DNA from: Trichoplax sp. H2 | Taxonomy: Eukaryota | Length of the DNA stretch: 59,015 bases | Reading direction: 5' to 3' | NCBI GenBank assembly: GCA_003344405.1 | Contig: NOWV01000155.1 | Location: forward strand, 124,001 to 183,015 | Shown: one piece after another, positions 38,501 to 53,105 of the stretch | Numbering within the stretch: position 1 is the stretch's first letter | Layout: each line of letters begins with the position of its first letter | Made by a program: the position numbers and the translations under genes | The notes under the pieces: generated by a model | The model's database searches: none | What the model was told of the DNA's origin: nothing | Seen by the model: only the letters and a program-made list of their open reading frames with translations

Positions 38501-40313
38501 AAGGAGGCGTTATGACAACGAAAACCCAGGTTAGTAGTTTACATCCGATAATTATATAAAGACACCTACACTTACCATCATTTATGTCACGAGTAATAGC
38601 TACTTGGAAGCAAGTTATAAATATACACGAAAGGAACTGTATAAATTAATACTTTATGTATTATGCTTTTATTTGTATAGAATTATTATTCGTCTACAGC
38701 ATATTAATAATAGTTGATCAATAACGACAGTTGTATGCTTTCTAATTGCAAGGACATTTTGGAGGCCATAAACATCATAAAGGAGAACGGAATCCAAGAC
38801 AACGTTAGCACAATTATACTAAACTTTCTGATTCTTAATCACTGTCGTCGCTATATCTTCAAGTCTCATTTTAGTTTATAACTCCTTTCTATATCCCTGT
38901 TCGTAGCTGTTTCTCGTGGCCCTTGCTGGTTTTGTCTTGGTAATGCTGAAGTTGAGAAACATTTAGTAATAAGCGTTGGAATAGACGTGAGTTGGAAGGG
39001 TTTTCTTGGCTTACGATTATTTCTATACTGGATAAAGTAAATCTTCAAATTTTTTCCCCAGTCTTATGTAGCTTTAGCTAAAGGTGGACTAACTTCTGAA
39101 CATGTCCTAATAATACCTATTGGTCACTTTCCTTCATCACTACATCTTACAGAGGTTCTTTTATTCGTGATATCACTGAAAACTATAATATCTTTAAAAT
39201 TCACTAACGTATAACATTGCCTTTCTTACAGCAAGCAACAACCGAAATTAAAAAATATCCTTTTAAATTTCGCATTGGCTGTCTTTAATAGACACGATAG
39301 CTAAATTGCTTTATGACTTATTAGCTGCATAAACTGAATATAGTACATGCTGCCATTAAAGTCGATTAAATATAATCTACCGATTTTCCTATACAAAATT
39401 ACGTATAAAGATTCATTAAGAAAATTCTTCAAAAGTTTAGGGAAAGAGTGCGTTATCTTTGAAAGAAATTTTCGTAGTCAACACTTACAATTGCAAGTAA
39501 GTAAAGTTTTGCATATACAAGATATAAAATCGCTCTAGATAATCATATTTCGATACTTATAATGCGACTATATTCCAGGTTGTACCTATACCTAGCGGTA
39601 CTACAAATATAGCGAAAGAGCTATTCCAAGAATTAGGCGAAACAAATTCGTTAACGTTCCAGTTACTCCCCAGTAATATCGATTTAACAAAAGTAAGATT
39701 AACTTACTACTTGGTACTCTTGAAAATTTGTTATTTATTAATAAGTAAGATGCTATCAGTATTAGAGAACGATTAAAAACCTAAGATAAATCATAAGTGT
39801 GCCATCTAAAATGTACGTATGTCATAATTCTGCTTAACGGTGATATTACTGTCTCATTTTCTATAGATCATTTTTCTGTTAAGAAGTTAACTACACTAAT
39901 TTTTTAACAAGTGCTTACGGTTAAAGTATGCCCTAAGTGATTGTAATATTTTTTATACTTATGAAGATATTATCAGAAGGGTCACCGTTCTTCCTTGTAG
40001 AGTTTGACGACGGTGAAATGTTATTGCATCGCATTCGTGGAAAATTTCCCTTACAGTTTGGAAGGTATACGAAGTCTATATCTTGATTGCATAAACTCCT
40101 GTAGATGGTAAATTATTAAATAATAGCTTCATTCTAATACTATACCTTGTTAACAATTTTGTGAAACGTAGGCAAATTTTAGCGAGTGAAAGTTTGCTAA
40201 ATATGCCCGACCGTGTTAACTGGAAGGATTGTGAAATTTCTGTTGAAGAGGCTACACAGAGTGCGCAGAGTTTCAGGAAAATGTTTAAATCGTTCGATTT
40301 CAACTTAAATTAA
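35584..40313 (+). CDS. CWF19L1: CWF19-like protein 1 (Drn1 homolog; metallophosphoesterase-like plus CwfJ domains), about 17 exons
   Basis: [167 protein letters not shown]. Internal exon limits approximate. Confidence 0.94.
39255..39402 (+). other. U12-type AT-AC intron in CWF19L1
   Basis: 5' end AA|ATATCCTTTT; branch-like TTTTCCTATAC (39384-39394); 3' end TTAC|GTAT. Splicing restores ..[14 protein letters not shown].. in frame. Confidence 0.9.
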
Positions 40314-43300
40314 CTGTAAATGATATATTTTCTCTGTTATGTAAATAAAAATCCTTGCGATAGCGTTTACAACCTGAATTAGCAATGATAGTATGCTCAC
40401 ATCAGTATTACTGTCTACGGTCACTGTTTAATTTAAGATGGCATGCCAAAGGCTTGTAGTAAATAGCACGTAGTAATTGACCGATTTTTACACTATCGTG
40501 TGCTATAGCTGTAGTAATGTTTAATTTTATGTACCTGCGAGCACCGACTTGTGTTCTGCTGTATATCCTCTATTAACGATTATTGCCCAGTAAAGTTTTC
40601 AGTTGTTATTTCGTTTATAAATTTTCTACCATGCTAGTATTCTTCAATTCTGTGTCTGATCTAAATGATTCAATTGATTCAGCTATTGGTATTTTAATGA
40701 TGTAGATTTTGTAATTTTTATAGTATCAATCGCTGCTGTAAAATATACCTATCATTAACTAATCGCAGTTGGCTAAGAATTGTGTCAGCAAAGTCATCTT
40801 GACTTTGTAATATGAAAGAATTAGCACTTTATGCGGAAAAGATACCATTAACTGATTGTGGGTCGTCAAGTCTCAATTTACAAAATGTTGGTGTTGCACA
40901 TTATTAGTATTATAATTTATTGGCAACTACCGTATATCATATGTTGGAGATATTTAAAGCCAAGAAAAGAATCATTTTGGATAAAAATAAATTACTGTCT
41001 TCATTTTTATAGTTTGTCACTAGGGTTTCCCAAATTACAGTGTCCTGTATGATTTTGGCATGGCTATAGCTTGAAAGATGATTTCTCCGTGATAATATCG
41101 TTTTAGTCTGAAACAAATGTCACCATTATCACAACTATTAAGTAGAGGAAAAGCTTTTGCTAATAGTCTCTGTTTCATATTAGTCATAATCTGCATACCT
41201 TATAGAGGATATAACAATTTCTTTGTATGTTCTCACACGCATGATTATCGAAAATCACTGCAGTAACATTAATTAGCCAATAAAATCTACTAATATTAGC
41301 TAACACTATTGTTTCGGATATCAAAGCCGAAAGCTGCTATGTTAGCTATATAATATACCTAATGATATTAATTACAGTATAATCAATCTTAAATGATTAC
41401 AACCTTTTGCGTACAACTTTAGAGCCGCATATCTTGTATATCTAAATAATTAGATCATTTTAAATTCAACTACAAGAACATATCACAAACCGTCTTGTAT
41501 CTAATATGCAGGATATATCTTCGTTTCTAGATCTTGGACTCTTGGTTACAGTTTGTTGCAACTTAAATTTTGGATTTAATACCTAGAGCATGGGTCAGCG
41601 AACTATCTCGAACCAAATGATTCTTGCAACTCTAATATTTTTACATTAAAATTGATCGCGTATATCAAAAAATCTTCGGTTTTCCAATATTATACCCAGA
41701 TTTGCAAATTCTTTTAATGAATACAAAATCAGCAGGATAATCTTTTCAAACAGTTTCCTCTCGCAATCGATTTTTGGGGCTTACTTCTCAATTAAATACA
41801 AAACAAATTCATATAGCCAATTAGCTCACTACATGAAAACTGGAGTATTACTATAAATGAACAAAAATAGATTTAATAAAAAAATAAGTCAAGGTGACAT
41901 AAAGATTTAAGGGAAATGTTTGAACTTGCATTAAACTTTGAGTAAAACATATACTGCTATATCACAGTAAAATTTATACTATTAATTATTATTTGTAGAT
42001 TTATGTTTATATATAAAGAGCATTTTCTGAGAATTAAGTATCAATAACATTTTACTATTCTCTATTCCATAGGAATATAATAAAACTGATAATAACTATA
42101 GATTGGACGAAATCCTTAAAAATATAGGTGATTCTACAGCAATTTCTTATGATAAGAATAAATATTTTGTATGGTATTTATTGACGCCATAGCGATAAAT
42201 CGGACATATATAATTATATGCAGTATTTTATATAGCAACAGTTATTATTTGAGAATGCATCAGAAATGTGCATAAGTTTACTAAGTTAGATGATACTATA
42301 TCAGATAGGCTAATCTGAACACGATTGGCTTCGGAAATAGCTATAATTTTTGTGCGTGAGTAGTGATTAATCTATCACATCTACTATGTATTTTAAGGTA
42401 GAAGTTTAAAACTAGAATATAAACTAAATACTCGTGCAGATTAGAAAAAATATCTAAGTTTATATCTAAATTATTTTATAGAAATACTCAGTTTGTGGCA
42501 TTAAGTAATACCTAGAAAGTGTAATTCGAAAAATACTGATGATGAGCTTTTTATAAATGAATGTCAGCGTTCACATTTAACACTGTTTACACATTCGTTT
42601 ATGTACGTAGAGAGAAAAAGCTATAGTTATAATCCACACAAGAAACACTACAAATTTTAAATATTTCAGCCATTAGATACGTAGATTATCGATGCTATTT
42701 AGCTTACCCAGTATATAGTTTGAAGCCTGGTCGTAATTCATATGATAGATATTCAGCTATTCAACCTTAGATTCAGTACGGATCGGTCTAGGAGAGATTA
42801 TCCTGCAGACTTGAAAAAATTAATTTTTATAAACAATGGCAGGAAAATCATTATCAACACCACAATTTATAAATTGCTTATGGATGGTACCACAAATTCC
42901 CTATCGCCATGTTTCGTAATGGTAAAATTTTGATTGTCAGCCTTGCCTAAATTTATCAAAATAAGGATAAGGCGCTATAATACGAAAATAATGTTGTACA
43001 TGTGCATATATTTATGACAATAGTAAAAAACTATCATGAAATTCTACATTTTAACCCGGAAAGTAATTTAGTAATCTCATGATAAGCACTATTGTTCTTA
43101 TTACCTATAATGATTACTTGATTAATTTGATAGACTATGGATTTGAACGAATATACAATAAAACAGAATCTGATTTCATGATTAAAGTCCATTTTATTTT
43201 TTAAAAGAAGTAAAATTTAGTAATTTAAGTCATGCAAATAATAACAGACAATCAATGCGTTGCTTCAACAAGCCTACAACAATTGCAACCTATTCATGGA

Positions 43301-43812
43301 ATAGTGTGAAAAGGAAAATGCGAAAATCAAGCGTATACGTTACGCCGATATTAATGTAAATAAGTACCATTTCCAAATAGAATACCGTATCCTTCTGTGG
43401 CAATAAGAAAATGTTTGCTCAGGTTGATATCGGCCATTTATTAAATTTATTTAACAACATGAAGAGTTAAATTATAGTCAGCGGCCTTTAGTTCATGTTT
43501 AAATATGAGCTGTAATAATATAAATAATATAATATATATATAGCTGGAAATTTGCACACAATACTATACCATTTCTATAAATCGAATTTCAAACAGAAAC
43601 CAGGAGTCAAATGATAGAATCACGAGTATCAATATCCTTTGTATACGTATACCGTATATATATAGAGAGAGCTAGATTCAAAGATTCATTGCATTAAATT
43701 TAAAAACTTTAGCCATCGATAGATAGAAATAAAGCTGCTGCAATAGGATGCGCAGTAATAATTATAATTGCATTGTAATATTAGTAATAACAATGTACAA
43801 GAATAAAATTCG

Positions 43813-44967
43813 CTATCGAAAAATGAATTGATGTTTAGTGCTGCTTCGAACAGCATGAACTTGAGATACACGACGAGTTTGACTAGGTTGGCAACATTGA
43901 GGTAATGCACTGCGTAGAACCTTGTTATAGATTAGATAGACGATAGGGTTCTCGATACATGCAATACTGGTCGAAATGAAGCCAACTGTAATAAGAGCAG
44001 ATGCAGCCGGATTACCAGAATTCCGCAATTGGAGGATCGTCATTTGAGTAAAAGCGGAGGTTAAGATAATCAAGACATAAGGAAATGATGTTAGCATATA
44101 AACAGTGGTAGCAATTGCAATCATTTTAATAATGGCAACACGACGTTTTCGATTAATTTGGAATGATGAAGCAGAAGCGATGCTAGTACCTGGAAGAGAA
44201 ATACTATAAGAGGAAGAATTCGAAATAGAATGAATGCTATTAAGTGGTGTTATAGTTTTCTGAAGATGTCTAGCAATCCTGCCATACATTATGATCATAA
44301 TTGTCAACGGTATAAAATAATTTAATACGGAAACGACCAGGTAATACAAGGTATTCTCATTATAGCCGTATAAGTAGATATCACACGTTGATGGTGCATC
44401 TATTGGGATATACATAAATCGTATTATAGGGCAATTAGTAGCAAATGAATATATCCAAACGCAAATAATAGCCGATCGAATCTTACGCTTGGTATTTAAG
44501 ATAGAATTTTGGCCAATACTCCCTACAATGATATGATAGCGATCGACTGAAATAATGGCTAAAGACACAGTCGATACTGTAAATCCCGAGCTTAAAATAA
44601 AGTAGGATAATTTACAACCAATTTCATATGGTGCTAAGCCTTGCCGATCACGAACATTGTAAAATGTTCTTAATGTTGATAAAATTGTATTTAAAATGAT
44701 GGATAATAACGATATACCATCTGATATGCACATATTGCATATTAGGCTATAGATGGATAAATGCAAAAGCTTTTTTTTGATCACAGTATAGCAGATAAAT
44801 CCATTTGCAATAATTCCAAATATGCCGATAGTTAAAGTTGCTGGTAAACTACTTCGAATGCCAGCAGTGTAATTGCTATTAGCTGTATTACATGTACCAT
44901 TGAACCATGCTTGATTATTACCAGCTTTCATGGTAGTCCATTCAATACAGTTACGAGTATCATCCAT
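43813..44967 (-). CDS. Intronless rhodopsin-class (class A) orphan GPCR, 384 aa
   Basis: Seven hydrophobic segments, N-terminal NxT sites, TM1 N, TM2 ISD, TM3 C and DRY, TM5 IP, TM6 FP, TM7 NPIVY. Confidence 0.93.
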   Translation of the reverse strand: MDDTRNCIEWTTMKAGNNQAWFNGTCNTANSNYTAGIRSSLPATLTIGIFGIIANGFICYTVIKKKLLHLSIYSLICNMCISDGISLLSIILNTILSTLRTFYNVRDRQGLAPYEIGCKLSYFILSSGFTVSTVSLAIISVDRYHIIVGSIGQNSILNTKRKIRSAIICVWIYSFATNCPIIRFMYIPIDAPSTCDIYLYGYNENTLYYLVVSVLNYFIPLTIMIIMYGRIARHLQKTITPLNSIHSISNSSSYSISLPGTSIASASSFQINRKRRVAIIKMIAIATTVYMLTSFPYVLIILTSAFTQMTILQLRNSGNPAASALITVGFISTSIACIENPIVYLIYNKVLRSALPQCCQPSQTRRVSQVHAVRSSTKHQFIFR

Positions 44968-47900
44968 AAGGTTTTACTTCATCTGACGATATTCTCAAGG
45001 GGCAACTCCTCCAGCTGATCTTTAACTAGTCATTTTAGGATTTGCTAAAAAATATTTAATTGCATCCAATATAAATGACTGTCGGGAAATAAATACTGCC
45101 ATTATACCAATAACAATAGGAATTTTCTTCATCATTTCTATTGTCGAATAAATCTGTACGGTATTTACTAAATATCAATGCTCATATACGTTATATAGAA
45201 TATATATATTGATATATAGTTATAGATAATAAATAAATCACTACGTAAAACTTTTAAGAATGGATCAATAGTTATCGACTATAATTAGACAACGTCACTT
45301 CCAGAATGATGAAAATGATTTTGAACGACTGGAAAGCAAAATGAAACCGATAATGACAATAACTTTAACAAAGGTATCTACTACTTGAAAGCTGCATTAT
45401 GTCGTATTTATCAAAGAACGGTAGTTGTAAACTCTATCATAAGCTGTGATAAAAAAACTACTCTAGCTCTTAAGTAGAAGCTACCAAAATATTGAAGACA
45501 TACTACGTATTCCATATTGACAATTTCATTTACCTCATACAGGAAAAGGCATAAATCAAATTATACCATAAATTAATAAAAACTAATATGCAAACCGAGC
45601 CGAACGTTAATATTATCATATTAGTGGATAATTAACAATAAAGTTCTTTTTAAAATATTTTTAAGATTTTTCCAGCTGCATTAAAATTATTGTTCCAGAG
45701 ATTATATAATAAACTATCATGCATTTGTATTAGAACTGTGATAGAGTAAAAACCTCCTTAACTTTGTATGTATATGTTATATATACATTGCCAAAAGATA
45801 GTATGCGAAGAAAACTCTCTTTATTGACATTGTTGTAGATTATCTATAGAATAAGCTGAACTATTTCCAATTGCGCTAATATGATATCTGTAATTAATAA
45901 ACAAAACGCTAGATAACTATGTCTATAAACATGAGAGAAAAGATAATAAGCATATTTGCACTTATTCCTCAATCTTAAAGAACAAAATACGCTCAATAGT
46001 TGTTTTCCTAGCGACCAGAAACTGAGTTAGTAAACAAATTTTAGATTAAAATCTTTTTAAGCAGTTTGAAAAGCTTAATTACTTTTTAGTAGATTATCGG
46101 TTACTACCATACTAGCCTAAATGTTAATCTCATTTTAGCCCTACTACGTGACATATCTTCCATTTTAAATCGATAAGCTGTAATGTGGTATAAATCATCA
46201 TCAAAGGAGTAAGATAAGCTAGTGTCCAATTGGAATAATTTCATCATGTACAGCACAATATACGAGTATATAGAAATAAATAGATTAAAATAACCTAACA
46301 GTTGTAGATGGTGGAGCATTATAATACTACGGTACTATACCATAAATCAAAGAATCGATAGCCCTAAAGACTTTTTCATTAGAGATGATCAAGTTCCGGT
46401 ACGCCTATGTCAGTCAGGATTAAAATCGTTCATTGGATTTAATACTGGCATTGTATGCTACTGTTATCCATTCTCTAGCAATATAAATGTCATTAAAAAG
46501 ATACATGCCCACGAAGGTGGATAAAACTATTCTTTGCATGTGTTAACCGCAAAATATCGATAATAGAATTAGTCCAAAGAATGAATACATCACACTTTAG
46601 GAGCAAAGATAGCATCACTGCTTCAATTCCTATCTAACTTTATAATCCTCAATTAAATCAGTAAAGAGGATCAGCTACTACAAACATGGATGTCGGCCTA
46701 TTAGCTGATCTATATCGTTTCATTTCACTATTACTCTCATTGCTATCGCAGTTTAATTCCTCTTACGGAGAGAAAATATCAGTTTAAAGAATAAATTAAA
46801 TTTAATTCTCTTATACAAATAACCAAGGATTGGTATTCAATGTCGACTAATTCTGAAGGTATCCTTATTTATTAATGTATTTTCAATGATCTCACGATAT
46901 TTCTTGATTTGTTATATCAAAATACGATAAGTATTAACTACTTTGATAGCTATTGCTATTATCTCTTAATTTAGGGGACTATTTTACATAATTGGTTGGC
47001 ATCACTATTTTTCTAGCAATCACAATTTGGTGATAAAATTAAACATTCTATAGTAATCTACTGTATATTCCTCAGGAAACTAAATTATAATCATTTCAAA
47101 ATAATTTTTTCTTTCTTAAGCAATAATTGCATCAAATAGAAGGAAATGACGTCTGAAATCTACTAATAAGCGAAATAGAATGAAAAAAACGTTGATAAAT
47201 CACCAAGGTGTAGAGGCGCGGTCAATCAATACTGTCTAGAATAAATAAAGAGGATTAAATTTAATTAATCATAATACAAAAATAACATTTACTTTGAATC
47301 AGTCTAAAATACTTTAGAACTTCAGAGATATTAGAGCAATTAATTCATGCCAAAATTAAGAATATCATCTCTGAATTGCTCGATATGAAAATCATAGAAT
47401 AAAACATTTAGAATTTATTTCTGAAGAGTACCAGGGTAGCAAAGACTAGTTTTCATACCATACCATATATACCTAAGTACCAACTTGAGATGATGAAAAT
47501 GCTGTCAACTAATAGAAATTAACCAGATATATCTATGACGACTGGCGATAAATAATTCTCCCTATTTCGTCTATTTTAATACTGTGCCAGGAAATATCGA
47601 AATTGAAAATGTCCTCCTATAGCAATTTAGCCGTACCTAATACTATTTCTCGTATTATCTATACAGATTCTATAACCGAAATAGATTAATTTCCTATTTA
47701 TTTCCATACTAATGATGGCTAAGAATATTTTTAGGAAAAGCAATCATATTAATAATAATATTACTTCACTTATGGAGCGAATGTTATTCGTATTATTGCT
47801 GCTTCTTGTTTTAGTGACGAGAAATGAATAAACTTTTTGTCTATCACTAAATTTGCACGTATGAAAGTTAATGATATCGTGAATTTCGAAATCAAAGTAA

Positions 47901-50900
47901 GCTATATAAAGTATACGCGGTAAATCAGAAATAGTTTGTGAAGGAAGGCAGATTTTTGTGTTTATAATACTTTCAGTAGTAAATTGAAACTAAATAAATT
48001 ACAAACATCCAATCCACAATAAAGACTCATTCTAAACTATAAGTAATGGCACATGAATATGTTCAGTAACTATAAATAGAAAATTTATCGTAAGAATAAA
48101 CACCGTTGGATATTATTCCTCTGTCGATCTATCCTGCGAATATTATTAGAGTACATGCCAATGAACTAATGTAGAAGTATCTATCCAACGATAACCATAT
48201 CTACAGCTAAATTAAACATTTATAAAAACACAGCTTCGATAACTCATATTGATAATAACTTTATTCACAGGGCTATTGGGGCTACAGGAGTGGTGTACTG
48301 TACTTTACCATAGAATAAGCTATAGTAGATGAGATACATAAGAAAAATAAATCCATTGTAATATATATCCGGGTAATCGATAAATGATATCTACAGATTG
48401 GAAATAGAAAAGCAACGAGTACCTTGAAAGTAATTGTATATTTCTTGAATCATCAACTAAATGATTATAAATTGTCGAAATAGCAAGATTAGCTATACCC
48501 TAGCTCATAACACTATGCATAGTCAATGCCTCACTATAATACAGTACTGTATAATGTATTAATATTATTAAATTAAATTGGAAACGATGGGTTCATTTAA
48601 CTTTCCGTTAGGTATCGAGGATATTAGCAATTAATATACAGAAATATTTACAAATTGATACCCTTATTAATGCCCAATTTATTCACTTATTCATTTGACA
48701 TAGAAATCATAATCGGAGTGAACATATTTGTTTTTTTGTAGTTTGTAGATGAGATTGCATACATTAAAACTTTATTTTAATATATGATAACCGTTCCGTT
48801 CTTGGACATAGGTCTAAAGTTTTAATTCTTTATTATGAGTTTAACTATTTTGTACTTATTACAGGAAGTCGAGGATCATTTCTTCTTCATATTAAATGGT
48901 AAATGTACTGTTATCGTATCAATTTTATATAAAATTAATGCTTGAATAAGACCTGAATTCTTCAATTTAATGTAAAGTAATGACCAAATTTTGATATGAT
49001 ATGAGATACAATATGTTGGAGTTCTAATTATTAAATAGATTGACTATTTTTTCTAGCTATCAAAATCTTGGATAGTTTCGTAGGTACAGCTGGAAAATAA
49101 GTTGTCTCAAGCCACCCAAAAACTAAGGCGAACAATAGTTCTGCTTCTAACTGTGATTTTTCTTGTTCTGTATTCAGAAGGGGAGAGCAATGTCAATAAA
49201 GGCGAGTTCAATAGTTTATCAACTCTAGCACTAATTACTATAGATAGTATTTTAGCTCTATAGCAGCATAACAAAAAGCATATTATTAACTACCGAACAC
49301 TATAATTCCCTTATTTACTCTTTTTACCTTCCTCATAGAAAATGAGCACTAATGACTAGTACAGCAGCCATTATTTAGTAGACTCTTGCAAAAATCATAG
49401 AATTATTGCAATATTATACAGTAATCAGAGGAATGACGTTAATTATAATTATCGTGCCCACAACGTTGACAAGTTCTACTGTACAGTACAGTCTGCAACA
49501 GCTGTGATATTTATCCTAAATATATAGATATATTACGGAATAAAATTTCTCTAAGTCCAGTAACACAATGAGAAGAGACACTTTCTCTTCTATCACTACT
49601 ATTACTATACTGCTACGTCGTAATAAAGACTAGAACCAATCTAGAGTACAGTCACTAGGCAATCTACTATAAAGGAACTACGCTTCCTTTGGCGATCCCA
49701 AGCCAACTATAGTAGTCAATGTAATACACGAAGAACTTCGAGAAATCTATAAAAGCGCTTTATTCATCGTAGGCGCAGTCTTAAATAGATTCTCAATATT
49801 ATGATAACTTCGACCGCATGCAGAGTTGCAATTTTAGTAAATTTTCTAATAATGGATGCCAACGCATCCGAAATGTATCATTTATGACCTCTTTGAAATC
49901 CAGTCTAGGCCTGTTAATTACAACATTTCTATCACACGAATTACTATTACAACTTAATATAATTTTGGATTAAATCTCCATATTTGATACTATAAGCTAT
50001 ACTTAGTAATTTCACATAGCAATCGGTGCTAGCACTTATGAATAATTCAAGTACTATAGACATACTATTTTTAATCCTAACACGTTCAAATTTAGGTATA
50101 ATCCAAATATAATCAGAGCTTAATTTACTACGCTCTCTACTATAAATTTTTTATTAAATCAAACATGAAGTAGTGTTTTTGAAAATTAACACTTGATTAT
50201 CTTTCACAGTATTTTACTATCGTGACAACGACCTTGTATTCTAACAAATAAAATAATTCAGCTATCTAGGTAAATTTACCTTGTGAGTTGCTACTAATCA
50301 GAACTGCCTTTCCAATGTTAAAATTCTATTGTAGTATTTCAGGTTGCTCTGAACAATTTGTAACAAGAGTAAGCTAGGATTGAAAATCAAAAGAAAAACT
50401 AAATTTCTACCATAGTTTTATAGTCTACAACAGATCTCCAGCTACTATATCAGACTTAGGTTAAGTTACAACGGTAAATTTTTAAATAGACCTTGATAAC
50501 CAAGACCAATACTGTCATATATTCATTGATAGTACTCAGTACAAGCTAATAGTATTACACATAACTTAGACTGCAGGGTTTTATATTAGTAAAACTCTAC
50601 CTATAACACACACTAACACACGCTACAATTATAATCAAATTTTTACTTAATGAGGGCAAATTTTTCACGAAAAGATGTTGATTTGTCTTAACGGAAAGGT
50701 ATTAGTTGGCTATTAGCAAGTTGATCTATCCCGACATTGAAATTACGACTTTGGTATATGTAATAAAGCGTCTTCAAAATATTCAAACACGAGCCATTTA
50801 TTTCTCGTAAAACCTAGCTTTATTTACATTCAATTTGGCTTATTTAACAACACCAAGGACTACCTACCTTCAATGATCTATGCAATTTACATACAAGGTG

Positions 50901-53105
50901 CATCTTCATCGCTGTTAAAGGCTACATTGCCTACCTGTCATCATATCTAAGAATAGATACTAGCCCAATTTTATAATCCAACCTACAACTTGACTTAGTT
51001 TCGTGCGATTTTATAATAATTCTTATCTTAGGCTAATTTTAGTAGTTGTCGTACCACCAAAATAATTATTCAATCTTTATCTTGACTTTACTGTATAAGA
51101 ACAAGCAACAGATACAGTATGAATATCTAATGTTGTATACAAAACTTTATGAATGTTTGAGAATGCAATTGAAGTAACTGATAGCGAAAAGGTTTTACAT
51201 CCCTCAAGATTCACTAACTTAAAATATGAGTCTGCAGTGCAGCCTCAAATCAGCCTAAGATTACAATAAAAAATTCATTCTGAAACTGATTGTTTACTCG
51301 GATAATGTAATCGTAAATTGGCTGTAATAATTCAGATAATCTGATTGCAGCCAGGTAGTCCTCGGTAGTTGTAAGACGATCATCAATTGATGTCATAAAG
51401 TCAAGTTTACAAGAAACTCCACTTCTTATTTGACTATTTTGAAAACACTTTATTATAGTGTCATTCAAATGGAGTAAATCACTTAATCACTGTGATTAGA
51501 GTTAATAACTTTGCTAAAGTGTAGAAACAAAGACTTGTAAGTTTCATTTTAATTATTGAATAATCTCCTTTCTTTAAATCAAGTTTATACCAGACAATAT
51601 ATTAATCAATAAAAAATAGAACTAGTCACCTCTGGAATTAGTTGTTGTAGCGGATTACCTTAAACCTACGCCATAATTATTATATAACAGCATCACTGTA
51701 GCAGTAGTCAGAGATAGTTGATAAATAAATAAATGACGATAGTAAGATTTAGATTGATCGTTGCCACCTCTACAGTCATTAATTTCTTCATTGTAATTTA
51801 TAGAATGATAATTAATGGAACAAACAAGAAGAAATCTTCTCCGACATCTTTCAACTGTTTATTATTTATTTTAGTTTATTGAGTGCAAATTCCATAATTT
51901 TCAAAGCGTCCAGTATAATAACGTCCGTAAGAAGGATAGTATTTCTACTATAATATTCATAGACATTAGAAATTCTATCAAAATAAGTATTATATTGGTA
52001 TTACATCGATGCTATTTGACTAGGTGTTACAGAGTAACTTCTATGTAGCTGTTGTAACATAGATTCCAAAAGATGATCTTTTTGGGAAATGTATTTGCAT
52101 ATCGTGATCTAGGATATTTTACATATTTTTAATAGATAACGGCATAGGTTTATAATATTATCTATAAACTGATAATTAATGTTTGTATCGATTCATTATA
52201 AACTGACTGACTTTTAAATATAAAGTTAGGGTTCAGTTATATCCAAAAGAGACTAGGGGTGTTGTTGTTTCTTATGACGATAGGAGATCGTCAGCATTTA
52301 GAATCGTACTGTAGGTCAATGTCACGGAGGACAAACCTGACAGTAGACTCATAGTATAATTTCTACAATAGCTTTATCATTTTCCGCGTTTCAAATTTCG
52401 ATTTGTAACTCTGCAACCGATTCATTCGATAGAAAAGTTCTGCTAAAGAAGAATGTTTGCTAAGTGAATGGTGGTCATTAACTACAGCAATTCTAATAAT
52501 TCATTGAAAGAAACTTTGTCTAACTCATTCTTGACTTGATCTGTTAAAATATTCTAATACGTGATCTTTTTGTACGCAAGGACTGAACTAGATATATTAA
52601 TACATATTAGATACTTTTCAAATCATTGATTTAATTTAACACATACGAGTATGCAGCCATTAAACAATATAACTTTAATCAGCCAACGTGACAGATGGTA
52701 TCTAGTCCCATATACAGTATATATGTAAGTTATGATCCTTCTATCAATTTCTTAAGGTTAAAATAATTTCAAAAAATCGGTTTTTAGATAGAAATAAGTG
52801 GATAATATAGAATAAATCGAAAAGGTCAATTTCATTTCATATTTTACAGATTTTTCAGGCAAGTATTCATAATAATGCCAGGAAAATTCATACAGAGAAC
52901 GATGAATACGTTAGAACAAGGAAATAATCATTACTGATTAATTATTTTTCCAATTCATTATACTTAATATAATAATGTACTATCATATAATATTAAAAAG
53001 TAATATTTATTTTAATCTAGGCACCGTAGCTATATTACCAGACGAGTAACTATATAACTGGTATTTCTAGCTAGAAAGGGAATGGCTGTACAGCAATCAA
53101 TAAGA

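Noticed and set aside
41581..41605. CTAGAG|CATGGGTCAGCGAACT resembling a Charlie/hAT TIR with target site
   Set aside because: No matching second TIR or TSD found.
41775..41790. GGGGCTTACT resembling RNase MRP CR-V
   Set aside because: No upstream GAAAGTCCCC-type CR-I partner or GC-rich structure.
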